Counted from the first letter of the stretch, positions 34,724 to 44,887 are shown. The stretch is DNA of 64,000 nt from Candidatus Latescibacterota bacterium (GCA_965204745.1 OZ242010.1:4832001-4896000), one strand, 5' to 3'. The notes: generated by a model from the sequence alone, not told the origin. Made by a program: numbers and translations.

Positions 34724-37700
34724 TGGAAGTGGGAGTCGGGATAGAGGCTTCGGATGTAGGATTCAATATCTTGCGGGGTCGTGCGCGTGGCATCTGAAGA
34801 GACAGCACGATTGATGAGGGCCTCTTCCCGGAAGAAGAGGATGTATCGAGTGATCAGGATTATATCCGAGAACAGCTCCACCCGGCCATTGCCATCCACA
34901 TCGAGAATTTTCTGATCGACCAAAATGGCGATGTAGGATTCAATATCTTGCGGGGTCGTGCGCGTGGCATCTGAAGAGACAGCACGATTGATGAGGGCCT
35001 CTTCCCGGAAGAAGAGGACGTATCGAGTGATCAGGATTATATCCGAGAACAGTCCCACCCGGCCATTGCCATCCACATCCAAGTTGGCACTCGGTGTGTC
35101 GGCATCGGTCAGGGTCACAGGCGAGGGAGGCGAGGTCGTTCTGGCACTGGGCGTCCCCGTCACGCCCACCGAGGGCGGGCCATCGTCGGCATTGGTCAAG
35201 GTGGCGATGACGCGCACAGTGTATTCCGTGCCTGCGGTCAGACCGGCGATTGTCGCACTCGTCTTACTGCCGTTGTCGATGACTTGCTGACGGTCAGAGG
35301 CGTACAACGCCTCCCCGGATTTCCACTGCACTTTGTAACCGGTCGCCCCGTTCACCGCATCCCATGACACGCCCAAATAGCCCTCGCCGGGCGTGACTTC
35401 TACACCCGTCACTTGCCCCGGTTCTGTCACCACTGTGACCGGCCCCGTCACCTGCGCGGGCGTCACGGTGACCGATCCCGTCGTCAAGTCCTCGCTACCA
35501 GAATGGGCCGCGGCCTTCACGGTCACGCGCAAGCTCTGGTTCGCGTCAAAACCCAACCCAGTATAAGCGAGCGTCAGTTGGGCGACTGTGGCGGAGGTTC
35601 TAACGGGCGTACCGCTGATGCTCGCGCCCTGCGGGGCGGTGTGCAATGCGAAGTGGTTGGCGGCGAGGGTCTCGTTGTAGGTGGCACCGGTCAGGGTAAT
35701 GTTGACTTTTGCCCCGTTGAGATTTGCTTCTGTCAGCGAGTCTGGAACCGTCGATGAGATCGTTGCCCCCTCTGCCCGTTGTCCTGTTGCCGTGGCGGTG
35801 AAGGTCACGGACTTGTCAATGTTCGAGACGTCGATAGCTGCTACAACCGTGTCTGTGCCCGTAGCACCTAACGTCAACCTTGTCGAGGCACGACCATTGG
35901 CATCGGTTGTATCGGTTGTGGTACTGAGCGACCCACTACCCGCCGTGACCGAAAAAGCGACCGGCACCCCGGCAAAGGCAACGTCGTTCGAATCCCGCAC
36001 TTCAACGATGAACGGATCGGACAGGCGAGAACCAGCAGGGCCGGTTTGGTCATCGCCCGAGATTTTTATCAAACTGGTCAAGGTGCGGGTATCGTATATT
36101 ACATCAGTGCCTCGGGACTGAAAGGCGGGGATATGGGTGGTGAGGGAAGGATAGTTCAAGAGAGTACCATTGATAACCAGAAATTCCAGGCTGGTTAAGC
36201 CCGACAGGGCAGAGATATCAGAGATGTGGTTGTTGTTAAGCCCCAAAGTTCTCAGGCTGGTTAAGCCCGACAGGGCAGAGATATCAGAGATGTGGTTGTT
36301 GTTAAGCCCCAAAGTTCTCAGGCTGGTTAAGCCCGACAGGGCAGAGATATCAGAGATGCGGTTGTTGTTAAGCCCCAAAGTTCTCAGGCTGGTTAAGCCC
36401 GACAGGGCAGAGATATCAGAGATGCGGTTGCCGCTAAGAAGCAGAAATTCCAGGCTGGTTAAGCCCGACAGGGCAGAGATATCAGAGATTCTATTGAAGT
36501 CAAGAGTCAGATATCTCAGGCTAGTGAGACCCTTAAGCGGCGAGATATCAGAGATGCGGTTGCTTTGAAGCCACAGCACGTTCAGGCTGGTGAGACCCTT
36601 AAGCGGCGAGATATCAGAGATGCGGTTGTTGTTAAGATATAGACATTCCAGGCTGGTTAAGCCCGACAGTGCCGAGATATCAGAGATGCTATTGGTGACA
36701 AGAAGCAGAAATTCCAGGCTGGTTAAGCCCGACAGTGCCGAGATATCAGAGATGCGGTTGCCGCTAAGATACAGTGATTCCAGGCTGGTTAAGCCCGACA
36801 GTGCCGAGATATCAGAGATGCGGTTGTTGTTAAGATATAGACGTTCCAGGCTGGTTAAGCCCGACAGTGCCGAGATATCCGAAATGTTGTTGTCGTAAAG
36901 CCGGAGATCTATCAGGCTGGTTAAGCCCGACAGTGCCGAGATATCCGAAATGTTGTTGGAGAAAAGATTCAGCGAATTCAGGCTAGTTGCATGCTCCAGC
37001 CCGGTCAAATCACTAATGTTCTGACTCCTAGCATCAAGGCCAGTCAGGGTCGCCATCTCACTTGGGGTAATGATCGCACCGCTCGATTTTTTCAGTGCGC
37101 CCTCAATGGCAGCACGCAAGTTGGCGTCGGGGATGTTCACGCCGCGCTCAACGGTCACTGTGTAGGTTTTCGTCGTGGTCCCATCTTCTGCGGCAACCAC
37201 TATGGTAATGGTGTTTTCGCCCACACTGAGGGAAATGGCACTGCTCGCACTGCCGCTCGATACCGAAGTGCCGTTCACCGTGATCGTGGCGCCGTTGTGA
37301 TTGCTCGTCGGCGTGACGGTCAGGCTGTCGATGCTGTTCGCCACGGTCGCGGTGTAGGCGAGAGAGTCGCGGGCGAAGGCCGGATCCAGCGTCCCTGCCG
37401 AGAGCGTCAGGCCGCTCAAATCCGCATCGCTTGAGGTCGTTCTGGCACTGGGCGTCCCCGTTACGCCCACCGAGGGCGGGCCATCGTCGGCGTTGGTCAA
37501 GGTGGCGATGACGCGCACAGTGTATTCCGTGCCCGCGGTCAGACCGGCGATTGTCGCACTCGTCTTGCCACCGTTGTCGATGACCTGCTGACGGTCGGAG
37601 GCGTACAACGCCTCCCCGGATTTCCACTGCACTTTGTAACCGGTCACCCCGTTCACCGCATCCCATGACACGCCCAAATTGCCCACGCCGGGCGTGACTT

Positions 37701-40700
37701 CTACACCCGTCACTTGCCCCGGTTCTGTCACCACTGTAACCGGCCCCGTCACCTGCGCGGGCGTCACGGTGACCGATTCTGTCGTCAAGTCCTCGCTACC
37801 AGAATGGGCCGCGGCCTTCACGGTCACGCGCAAGCTCTGATTCGCGTCAAAACCCAACCCGGTATAAGCGAGCGTCAGTTGGGCGACGGTGGCGGAGGTT
37901 CTGACGGGCGTACCGCTGATGCTCGCGCCCTGCGGTGCGGTGTGCAATGCGAAGTGGTTGGCGGCGAGGGTCTCGTTGTAGGTGGCACCGGTCAGGGTAA
38001 TGTTGACTTTTGCCCCGTTGAGATTTGTTTCTGTCAGCGAGTCTGGAACCGTCGATGAGATCGTTGCCCCCTCTGCCGTTGCTCCTGTTGCCGTGGCGGT
38101 GAAGGTCACGGACTTGTCAATGTTCGAGACGTCGATAGCCGCCACAACCGTATTCGCGCCCACAGCACCCAGCGTCAACCTCGTCGAGGCGCGACCATTG
38201 GCATCGGTGGTATCGGTTGTGGTACTGAGCGACCCACCGCCCGCCGTGACCGAAAAAGCGACCGGCACCCCGGCAAAGGCAACGGCGTTCGAATCCCGCA
38301 CTTCAACGATGAACGGATCGGACAGGCGAGAACCAGCAGTGCCAGTTTGGTCGTCGCCCGAGATTTTTACCAAACTGGTCAAGGTGCGGGCATCATAGAA
38401 TACCCTGACGCCTCGGCTCTGAAGAGCCGGGATGTGGGTAATGAGGGAAGGATAGCTCAAGGGATTACCCTTAATATACAGATGGGTCAGGCTGGTTAAG
38501 CCCGACAGGGCAGAGATATCAGAGATGTTGTTGCCTTTAATATACAGATATGTCAGGCTGGTTAAGCCCGACAGGGCAGAGATATCAGAGATGCCGCCGT
38601 TGCGGGTAAGAACCAGCTCTCTCAGGCTGGTGAGACCCTGAAGCGACGAGATATCTGAAATGCTGTTGTCTTGAAGCCACAGCACGTTCAGGCTGGTGAA
38701 ACCCTGAAGTGGCGAGATATCAGAGATGCTGTTTTTTTGAAGAAACAGCTTTGTCAGGCTGGTGAGACCCTGAAGTGGCGAGATATCAGAGATGCTATTG
38801 GCGTCAAGACGCAGATCTCTCAGGCTGGTGAGACCCTGAAGTGGCGAGATATCAGAGATGCCGCCGTTGGAGCCAAGAAGTAGCCTGCTCAGGCTGGTGA
38901 GACCCTTAAGTGGCGAAATATCAGAGATGCTGTTGCTTTGAAGCCACAGCACGTTCAGGCTGGTGAGACCCTGAAGTGGCGAAATATCAGAGATGCCGTT
39001 GTGGGAAAGATCCAGACGTTCCAGGCTGGTTGCATACTCCAGCCCGGTCAAATCTCTAGTGTTCTGCTTCCCAGCACTAAGGCTGGTCATGGTCGCCATT
39101 TCACTTGGGGTAATGATCGCACCGCTCGATTTTTTCAGAGCTCTCTCAATGGCACCACGCAAGTCGGCGTCGGGGATGTTCACGCCGCGATCAACGGTCA
39201 CTGTGTAGGTTTTCGTCGTGGTAGTATCTTCTGCGGTGACTACAATGGCAATGGTGTTTTCGCCCACACTGAGGGAAATGGCACTGCTCGCACTGCCACT
39301 CGATACCGAAGTGCCGTTCACCGTGATCGTGGCACCGTTGTGGTTGCTCGTCGGCGTGACGGTCAGGCTGTCAATGCTGTCCGCCACGGTCGCTGTGTAG
39401 GCGAGAGAGTCACGGGCGAAGGCCGGATCCAGCGTCCCTGCCGAGAGCGTCAGGCCGCTCAAATCCGCATCGCTTGAGGTCGTCCTGGCACTGGGCGTCC
39501 CCGTCACGCCCACCGAGGGCGGGCCATCGTCGGCGTTGGTCAGAGTGGCGATGACGCGCACAGTGTATTCCGTGCCTGCGGTCAGACCGGCGATTGTCGC
39601 ACTCGTCTTGCCACCGGTGTCGATGACCTGCTGACGGTCAGAGGCGTACACCGCATCCCCGGATTTCCACTGCACTTTGTAACCGGTCGCCCCGTTCACC
39701 GCATTCCATGACACACCCAAATTGCCCACGCCGGGCGTGACTTCTACACCCGTCACTTGCCCCGGTTCTGTCACCACTGTGACCGGCCCCGTCACCTGCG
39801 CGGGCGTCACGGTGACCGATTCTGTCGTCAAGTCCTCGCTACCGGAATGGGCCGCGGCCTTCACGGTCACGCGCAAGCTTTGGTTCGCGTCAAAACCCAA
39901 CCCGGTATAAGCGAGCGTCAGTTGGGCGACGGTGGCGGAGGTTCTGACGGGCGTACCGCTGATGCTCACGCCCTGCGGTGCGGTGTGCAATGCGAAGTGG
40001 TTGGTGGCAAGGGTCTCGTTGTAGGTGGCGCCGGTCAGGGTGATGTTGACTTTTGCCCCGTTGAGATTTGTTTCTGTCAGCGCGTCCGGAACCGTCGATG
40101 AAATCGTTGCTCCCTCTGCCGTTGTCCCGCCTGTTGCCGTGGCGGTGAAGGTCACGGACTTGTCAATGTTCGAGACGTCGATAATTGCCTTAACTGTATT
40201 CGCGCCCACAGCACTCAGCGTCAACCTCGTCGAGGCGCGACCGTTGGCATCGGTGGTATCGGTTGTGGTACTGAGCGACCCACCGCCCGCCGTGACCGAA
40301 AAAGCGACCGGCACCCCGGCAAAGGCAACGTCGTTCGAATCCCGCACTTCAACGATGAACGGATCGGACAGACGAGAACCAGCCGTGCCGGTTTGGCCAT
40401 CGCCCGAGATTTTTACCAAACTGGTCAAGGTGCGGAAATCGTAGTATACAGAAACGCCTCGGGACAGAAAGGCGGGGATATGCGTGGTGAGGGAAGGATA
40501 GCTCAAGGGGTTACTCATAAGATACAGAAATTTCAGGTTGGTTAAGCCCGACAAGGCCGAGATATCAGAGATGTTGTTGTTGACAAGCCACAGAGACCTC
40601 AGGCGGGTTAAGCCCGACAGAGCCGAGATATCCGAGATGCGGTTGTCGTTAAGAACCAGAGTTTCCATGTAGGTTAAGCGGGTTAAGTCACTTGGGGTAA

Positions 40701-43632
40701 TGATCGCACCACTCGATTTTTTCAGAGCTCTCTCAATGGCAGCACGCAAGTTGGCGTCGGGGATGTTCACGCCGCGCTCAACGGTCACTGTGTAGGTTTT
40801 CGTCGTCGTCCCATCTTCTGCTGTGACCACAATGGCAATGGTATTCTCGCCCACACTGAGGGAAATGGCACTGCTCGCATTGCCGCTCGATACCGAAGTG
40901 CCGTTCACCGTGATCGTGGCACCGTTGTAACTGCTCGTCGGCGTGACGGTCAGACTGTCGATGCTGTCCGCCACGGTCGCTGTGTAGGAGAGAGAGTCAC
41001 GGGCGAAGGCCGGATCCAGCGTCCCTGCCGAGAGCGTCAGGCCGCTCAAATCCGCATCGCTTGAGGTCGTTCTGGCACTGGGCGTCCCCGTCACGCCCGC
41101 CGAGGGCGGGCCATCGTCGGCATTGGTCAGGGTGGCGATGACGCGCACAGTGTATTCCGTGCCCGCGGTCAGACCGGCGATTGTCGCACTCGTCTTACTG
41201 CCGTTGTCGATGACTTGCTGACGGTCAGAGGCGTACAACGCCTCCCCGGATTTCCACTGCACTTTGTAACCGGTCGCCCCGTTCACCGCATCCCATGCTA
41301 CGCCCAAATAGCCCACACCGGGCGTGACTTCTACACCCGCCACTTGCCCCGGTTCTGTCACCACGGTGACCGGCCCCGTCACCTGCGCGGGCGTCACGGT
41401 GACCGATCCCGTCGTCAAGTCCTCGGTGCCGGAATGGGCCGCGGCCTTCACGGTCACGCGCAAGCTCTGATTCGCGTCAAAACCCAACCCGGTATAAGCG
41501 AGCGTCAGTTGGGCGACTGTGGCAGAGGTTCTGACGGGCGTACCGCTGATGCTCGCGCCCTGCGGGGCGGTGTGCAATGCGAAGTGGTTGACGGCGAGGG
41601 TCTCGTTGTAGGTGGCACCGGTCAGGGTAATGTTGACTTTTGCCCCGTTGAGATTTGCTTCTGTCAGCGAGTCTGGAACCGTCGATGAGATCGCTGCCCC
41701 CTCTGCCGTTGCTCCTGTTGCCGTGGCGGTGAAGGTCACGGACTTGTCAATGTTCGAGACGTCGATAGCCGCTACAACCGTGTCTGCGCCCGCAGCACCC
41801 AGCGTCAACCTCGTCGAGGCGCGCCCAGTGGCATCGGTGGTATCGGTTGTGGCACTGAGCGACCCACTACCCGCCGTGACCGAAAAAGCGACCGGCACCC
41901 CGGCAAAGGCGACGGCGTTCGTATCCCGCACTTCAACGATGAACGGATCGGACAGGCGAGAACCAGCCGTGCCGGTTTGGTCATCGCCCGAGATTTTTAC
42001 CAAACTGGTCAAAGTGCGGGGATCGTAAATTACACGAACGCCTCGGGACTCAAAGGAGGGGATATGGGTGGTGAGGGAAGGATAGCTCAAAGGATTATCC
42101 CTAAGATTCAGATCTCTCAGGCTGGTGAGACCCTTAAGTGGCGAGATATCCGAGATGCTGTTGTTACTAAGAGTCAGATTTGTCAGGCTGGTGAGACCCT
42201 TAAGGGCCGAGATATCAGAGATGCTGTTGTTTTCAAGCCACAGATGTGTCAGGCGGGTTAAGCCCGACAGGGCCGAGATATCAGAGATGCGGTTGCCACC
42301 ACCATGCCAACCAAGAGCTAGCCCTTCCAGGCTGGTTAAGCCCGACAGGGCCGAGATATCAGAGATGCGGTTGTTGTCAAGCCACAGATCTATCAGGCTG
42401 GTGAGACCCTTAAGGGCCGAGATATCAGAGATGCGGTTGTTACTAAGAGTCAGATTTGTCAGGCTGGTGAGACCCTTAAGGGCCGAGATATCAGAGATGC
42501 GGTTGTTACTAAGAGTCAGATTTGTCAGGCTGGTGAGACCCTTAAGGGCCGAGATATCAGAGATGCGGTTGTTACTAAGAGTCAGATTTGTCAGGCTGGT
42601 GAGACCCTTAAGGGCCGAGATATCAGAGATGCGGTTGTTACTAAGCCACAGAACTGTCAGGCTGGTTAAGCCCGACAAGGCCGAGATATCAGAGATGTTG
42701 TGGCCAGTAAGAACCAGCTGTTTCAGGCTGGTTAAGCCCGACAAGGCCGAGATATCAGAGATGTTGTTGTAGCCAAGACGTGCTTCAAGACGTAAATGTG
42801 TCAGACTGGTTAAGCCCGACAGGGCCGAGATATCCGAGATGTTGTTGTCGCTAAGATTCAGATATGTCAGACTGGTTAAGCCCGACAAGGCCGAGATATC
42901 AGAGATACGGTTGCCGCTAAGATTCAGATATGTCAGACTGGTTAAGCCCGACAAGGCCGAGATATCAGAGATACTGCTCGCCGAGATATCAGAGGTACGG
43001 TTGTTGCTAAGATTCAGATATGTCAGACTGGTTAAGCCCGACAAGGCCGAGATATCAGAGATGTTGTTGTCAAGAGCCAGCCCTTCCAGGCTGGTTGCAT
43101 ACTCCAGCCCGGTCAAATTCAAATTACTAATGTTCCGACGCGCAACACTAAGGCTGGTCATGGTCGCCATTTCACTTGGGGTAATGATCGCACCGCTCGA
43201 TTTTTTCAGAGCTCTCTCAATGTCACCACGCAAGGCGGCGTCGGGGATGTTCACGCCGCGCTCAACGGTCACTGTGTAGGTTTTCGTCGTGGTGCTATCC
43301 TCTGCGGCAACCACAATGGTAATGGTATTTTCGCCCACACTGAGGGAAATGGCACTGCTCGCACTGCCACTCGATACCGAAGTGCCGTTCACCGTGATCG
43401 TGGCGCCGTTGTGATTGCTCGTCGGCATAACGGTCAGGCTGTCGATGCTGTTCGCCACGGTCGCGGTGTAGGAGAGCGAGTCGCGGGCAAAGGCCGGATC
43501 CAGCGTCCCTGCCGAGAGCGTCAGGCCGCTCAGGTCCGCATCGCTTGAAGCGGTATTCTGCGCGGCGGATTCGCCACAGACAACGAGCAGGGCGCAGAGC
43601 ATAAGAACGGATCTAAAAGAGCGATAGATCAT
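34720..43632 (-). CDS. Giant internalin-like surface protein: 4 x [cadherin-like beta-sandwich, LRR array, Big_1 Ig, unknown Ig-like, FN3] plus duplicated C-terminal EF-hand/dockerin-like motif
   Basis: Signal peptide; SSDADLSGLTLSAGTLDPAF x4; VNIPD..LR.AIE.AL LRR cap; 22-aa xxLxLxxNxISDISALSGLTSL repeats; LVKISGD.QTG; TGYKVQWKSG; AGGAG SD. Confidence 0.95.
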   Translation of the reverse strand: MIYRSFRSVLMLCALLVVCGESAAQNTASSDADLSGLTLSAGTLDPAFARDSLSYTATVANSIDSLTVMPTSNHNGATITVNGTSVSSGSASSAISLSVGENTITIVVAAEDSTTTKTYTVTVERGVNIPDAALRGDIERALKKSSGAIITPSEMATMTSLSVARRNISNLNLTGLEYATSLEGLALDNNISDISALSGLTSLTYLNLSNNRTSDISASSISDISALSGLTSLTYLNLSGNRISDISALSGLTSLTYLNLSDNNISDISALSGLTSLTHLRLEARLGYNNISDISALSGLTSLKQLVLTGHNISDISALSGLTSLTVLWLSNNRISDISALKGLTSLTNLTLSNNRISDISALKGLTSLTNLTLSNNRISDISALKGLTSLTNLTLSNNRISDISALKGLTSLIDLWLDNNRISDISALSGLTSLEGLALGWHGGGNRISDISALSGLTRLTHLWLENNSISDISALKGLTSLTNLTLSNNSISDISPLKGLTSLRDLNLRDNPLSYPSLTTHIPSFESRGVRVIYDPRTLTSLVKISGDDQTGTAGSRLSDPFIVEVRDTNAVAFAGVPVAFSVTAGSGSLSATTDTTDATGRASTRLTLGAAGADTVVAAIDVSNIDKSVTFTATATGATAEGAAISSTVPDSLTEANLNGAKVNITLTGATYNETLAVNHFALHTAPQGASISGTPVRTSATVAQLTLAYTGLGFDANQSLRVTVKAAAHSGTEDLTTGSVTVTPAQVTGPVTVVTEPGQVAGVEVTPGVGYLGVAWDAVNGATGYKVQWKSGEALYASDRQQVIDNGSKTSATIAGLTAGTEYTVRVIATLTNADDGPPSAGVTGTPSARTTSSDADLSGLTLSAGTLDPAFARDSLSYTATVADSIDSLTVTPTSSYNGATITVNGTSVSSGNASSAISLSVGENTIAIVVTAEDGTTTKTYTVTVERGVNIPDANLRAAIERALKKSSGAIITPSDLTRLTYMETLVLNDNRISDISALSGLTRLRSLWLVNNNISDISALSGLTNLKFLYLMSNPLSYPSLTTHIPAFLSRGVSVYYDFRTLTSLVKISGDGQTGTAGSRLSDPFIVEVRDSNDVAFAGVPVAFSVTAGGGSLSTTTDTTDANGRASTRLTLSAVGANTVKAIIDVSNIDKSVTFTATATGGTTAEGATISSTVPDALTETNLNGAKVNITLTGATYNETLATNHFALHTAPQGVSISGTPVRTSATVAQLTLAYTGLGFDANQSLRVTVKAAAHSGSEDLTTESVTVTPAQVTGPVTVVTEPGQVTGVEVTPGVGNLGVSWNAVNGATGYKVQWKSGDAVYASDRQQVIDTGGKTSATIAGLTAGTEYTVRVIATLTNADDGPPSVGVTGTPSARTTSSDADLSGLTLSAGTLDPAFARDSLAYTATVADSIDSLTVTPTSNHNGATITVNGTSVSSGSASSAISLSVGENTIAIVVTAEDTTTTKTYTVTVDRGVNIPDADLRGAIERALKKSSGAIITPSEMATMTSLSAGKQNTRDLTGLEYATSLERLDLSHNGISDISPLQGLTSLNVLWLQSNSISDISPLKGLTSLSRLLLGSNGGISDISPLQGLTSLRDLRLDANSISDISPLQGLTSLTKLFLQKNSISDISPLQGFTSLNVLWLQDNSISDISSLQGLTSLRELVLTRNGGISDISALSGLTSLTYLYIKGNNISDISALSGLTSLTHLYIKGNPLSYPSLITHIPALQSRGVRVFYDARTLTSLVKISGDDQTGTAGSRLSDPFIVEVRDSNAVAFAGVPVAFSVTAGGGSLSTTTDTTDANGRASTRLTLGAVGANTVVAAIDVSNIDKSVTFTATATGATAEGATISSTVPDSLTETNLNGAKVNITLTGATYNETLAANHFALHTAPQGASISGTPVRTSATVAQLTLAYTGLGFDANQSLRVTVKAAAHSGSEDLTTESVTVTPAQVTGPVTVVTEPGQVTGVEVTPGVGNLGVSWDAVNGVTGYKVQWKSGEALYASDRQQVIDNGGKTSATIAGLTAGTEYTVRVIATLTNADDGPPSVGVTGTPSARTTSSDADLSGLTLSAGTLDPAFARDSLAYTATVANSIDSLTVTPTSNHNGATITVNGTSVSSGSASSAISLSVGENTITIVVAAEDGTTTKTYTVTVERGVNIPDANLRAAIEGALKKSSGAIITPSEMATLTGLDARSQNISDLTGLEHATSLNSLNLFSNNISDISALSGLTSLIDLRLYDNNISDISALSGLTSLERLYLNNNRISDISALSGLTSLESLYLSGNRISDISALSGLTSLEFLLLVTNSISDISALSGLTSLECLYLNNNRISDISPLKGLTSLNVLWLQSNRISDISPLKGLTSLRYLTLDFNRISDISALSGLTSLEFLLLSGNRISDISALSGLTSLRTLGLNNNRISDISALSGLTSLRTLGLNNNHISDISALSGLTSLRTLGLNNNHISDISALSGLTSLEFLVINGTLLNYPSLTTHIPAFQSRGTDVIYDTRTLTSLIKISGDDQTGPAGSRLSDPFIVEVRDSNDVAFAGVPVAFSVTAGSGSLSTTTDTTDANGRASTRLTLGATGTDTVVAAIDVSNIDKSVTFTATATGQRAEGATISSTVPDSLTEANLNGAKVNITLTGATYNETLAANHFALHTAPQGASISGTPVRTSATVAQLTLAYTGLGFDANQSLRVTVKAAAHSGSEDLTTGSVTVTPAQVTGPVTVVTEPGQVTGVEVTPGEGYLGVSWDAVNGATGYKVQWKSGEALYASDRQQVIDNGSKTSATIAGLTAGTEYTVRVIATLTNADDGPPSVGVTGTPSARTTSPPSPVTLTDADTPSANLDVDGNGRVGLFSDIILITRYVLFFREEALINRAVSSDATRTTPQDIESYIAILVDQKILDVDGNGRVELFSDIILITRYILFFREEALINRAVSSDATRTTPQDIESYIRSLYPDSHFQ
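34754..35080 (-). repeat. 177-bp tandem duplication encoding LDVDGNGRVxLFSDIILITRYxLFFREEALINRAVSSDATRTTPQDIESYI
   Basis: Near-identical copies start at 34754 and 34931. Confidence 0.9.
36160..36990 (-). repeat. LRR array of module 4 (12 ISDIS units, 66-bp period)
   Basis: Counted from the translation; coordinates approximate. Confidence 0.9.
38460..39030 (-). repeat. LRR array of module 3 (8 ISDIS units)
   Basis: Counted from the translation; coordinates approximate. Confidence 0.9.
40505..40690 (-). repeat. LRR array of module 2 (2 ISDIS units, N-cap partly deleted)
   Basis: IITPSD-LTRLTYMETLVLNDN replaces IITPSEMATMTSL...LTGLEYATSL; coordinates approximate. Confidence 0.85.
42090..43100 (-). 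repeat. LRR array of module 1 (14 ISDIS units, some with loop insertions)
   Basis: Counted from the translation; coordinates approximate. Confidence 0.9.
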
Positions 43633-43687
43633 GATTAACTCCTGTCAAAAAGAGTGATACTGCGTAGTGACGCCGTTGGGAAAACAG

Positions 43688-43717
43688 AATATACGCGATT
43701 TAGGATACGACAGTCAA
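43688..43717 (-). promoter_or_regulatory. Possible sigma70 promoter TTGACT-N18-TATATT for the LRR gene
   Basis: Minus strand motif about 55 nt upstream of ATG 43632. Confidence 0.5.
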
Positions 43718-43920
43718 TTTTTTTTTAAGTAGTGGTCAGTTCCTACCCTCTGTCCCACCAGTGTAGGGACAGGCCACCGGCCGGCGGTGGGTATAGCGTG
43801 ACGCTGATCTGTTGCGGCTCCGCCGTAGAAGCAGGTCTCATCGGCCAGCGCGTTGACCACCTTGGGTCTGCGTCCATATTGCATTGAGCGCGTCTGGGGT
43901 GAGTGTCTGCCCCGTCTCCT

Positions 43921-44718
43921 TTATTTTTTCAAAATCCTAGGGCGATCACATGCCTCGCCGGCTGCGATGAGGAATGGGCGGTCGGCTTGCCCCGCGCCTT
44001 CGACCATTTCCGCGGGCATCGTCACCATCACGCCGCCCCAGCGCGGCCGGTCGCTCGGGTTGGGCGGGCTCATGTGCCACATTTTCGCATGCCAGACCAC
44101 CGCATCGCCCGCGTGCAGGGGAACGGGTTCGGGGGTGATCCCCGCCACCAGGTCGCGGGGGATTTCCTCGTGAACGCCATCCGCGTATTTGACGTGTTCG
44201 ATGATCTCGCCCTTGTGAATGCCCGGCGCCATGTGCAAACATCCATTTTCCAAATCCACGTCGTCCAACGCCACCCAGCAACTCAGGTGGCGCGTTTTGT
44301 AGGGGCGCGTGCCACTTTGGGGGCATCTCGCCCACAGCCAGATATCCTGATGCCAAGGCGTGCTTTCGCCTACGTGCGCGGGTTTGGTGAAAAACCGCGT
44401 GCCTTGAATCCGCACGTCGTCCCCCAAAAACCGCTGCTGGAGGGCCAAAACGCGGTCCGCGGTCAACCAGCGGTTCCAAAGCACGTCGCTCAAAAAATTG
44501 CGATCTCCCACTGCGCGCACCGCATCTGCGCCATCCAATGCCACGCCATCGACACGGCTCCTGTCCAACGCGAACCCCGGCGCATCTTCGGCGATAATCC
44601 GCGCGAGTTCATCCCGCACCGCCCGCACCGCATCCGCGTCAATAATCTGCCGCACCACAAAATACCCGCGTTCTTCAAACTGCCGCTCGGCGTCTTTGGG
44701 AATTGTGAAATTTTCCAT
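43921..44718 (-). CDS. Phytanoyl-CoA dioxygenase (PhyH) family 2OG-Fe(II) oxygenase
   Basis: FEERGYFVVR, TPWHQD, WVALDDV.LENGCL..PG.HK, GDAVVWH..MWH.SPPN.S; GGAGAG SD. Confidence 0.93.
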   Translation of the reverse strand: MENFTIPKDAERQFEERGYFVVRQIIDADAVRAVRDELARIIAEDAPGFALDRSRVDGVALDGADAVRAVGDRNFLSDVLWNRWLTADRVLALQQRFLGDDVRIQGTRFFTKPAHVGESTPWHQDIWLWARCPQSGTRPYKTRHLSCWVALDDVDLENGCLHMAPGIHKGEIIEHVKYADGVHEEIPRDLVAGITPEPVPLHAGDAVVWHAKMWHMSPPNPSDRPRWGGVMVTMPAEMVEGAGQADRPFLIAAGEACDRPRILKK

Positions 44719-44887
44719 GTTAGCTCTCCATCTGAGGTTCGATGCGTTCATCTAAATAGCCCGTGAAATCCCGTTGCTTCAGCACGGGGATACGAGGGCT
44801 TGCCACCAAAAATTTCGGGATCGATTGTGCGGTCGAGACATTCTCTTTTCGCCATGGCGAAACCTCATTTCATTTGAGTACTTTTTC

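Noticed and set aside
36160-43100. CRISPR-like appearance (constant ~40 bp plus variable ~26 bp)
   Set aside because: Units are in-frame LRR codons within one ORF, spacers have fixed Leu/Asn positions, and no cas genes are present.
34720-43632. Diversity-generating retroelement as the cause of LRR variability
   Set aside because: No reverse transcriptase or TR/VR pair is seen, and differences are not visibly confined to adenines.
43780-43900. Short minus-strand frame MQYGRRPKVVNALADETCFYGG as a possible gene remnant
   Set aside because: Too short and has no recognisable motif to support a call.
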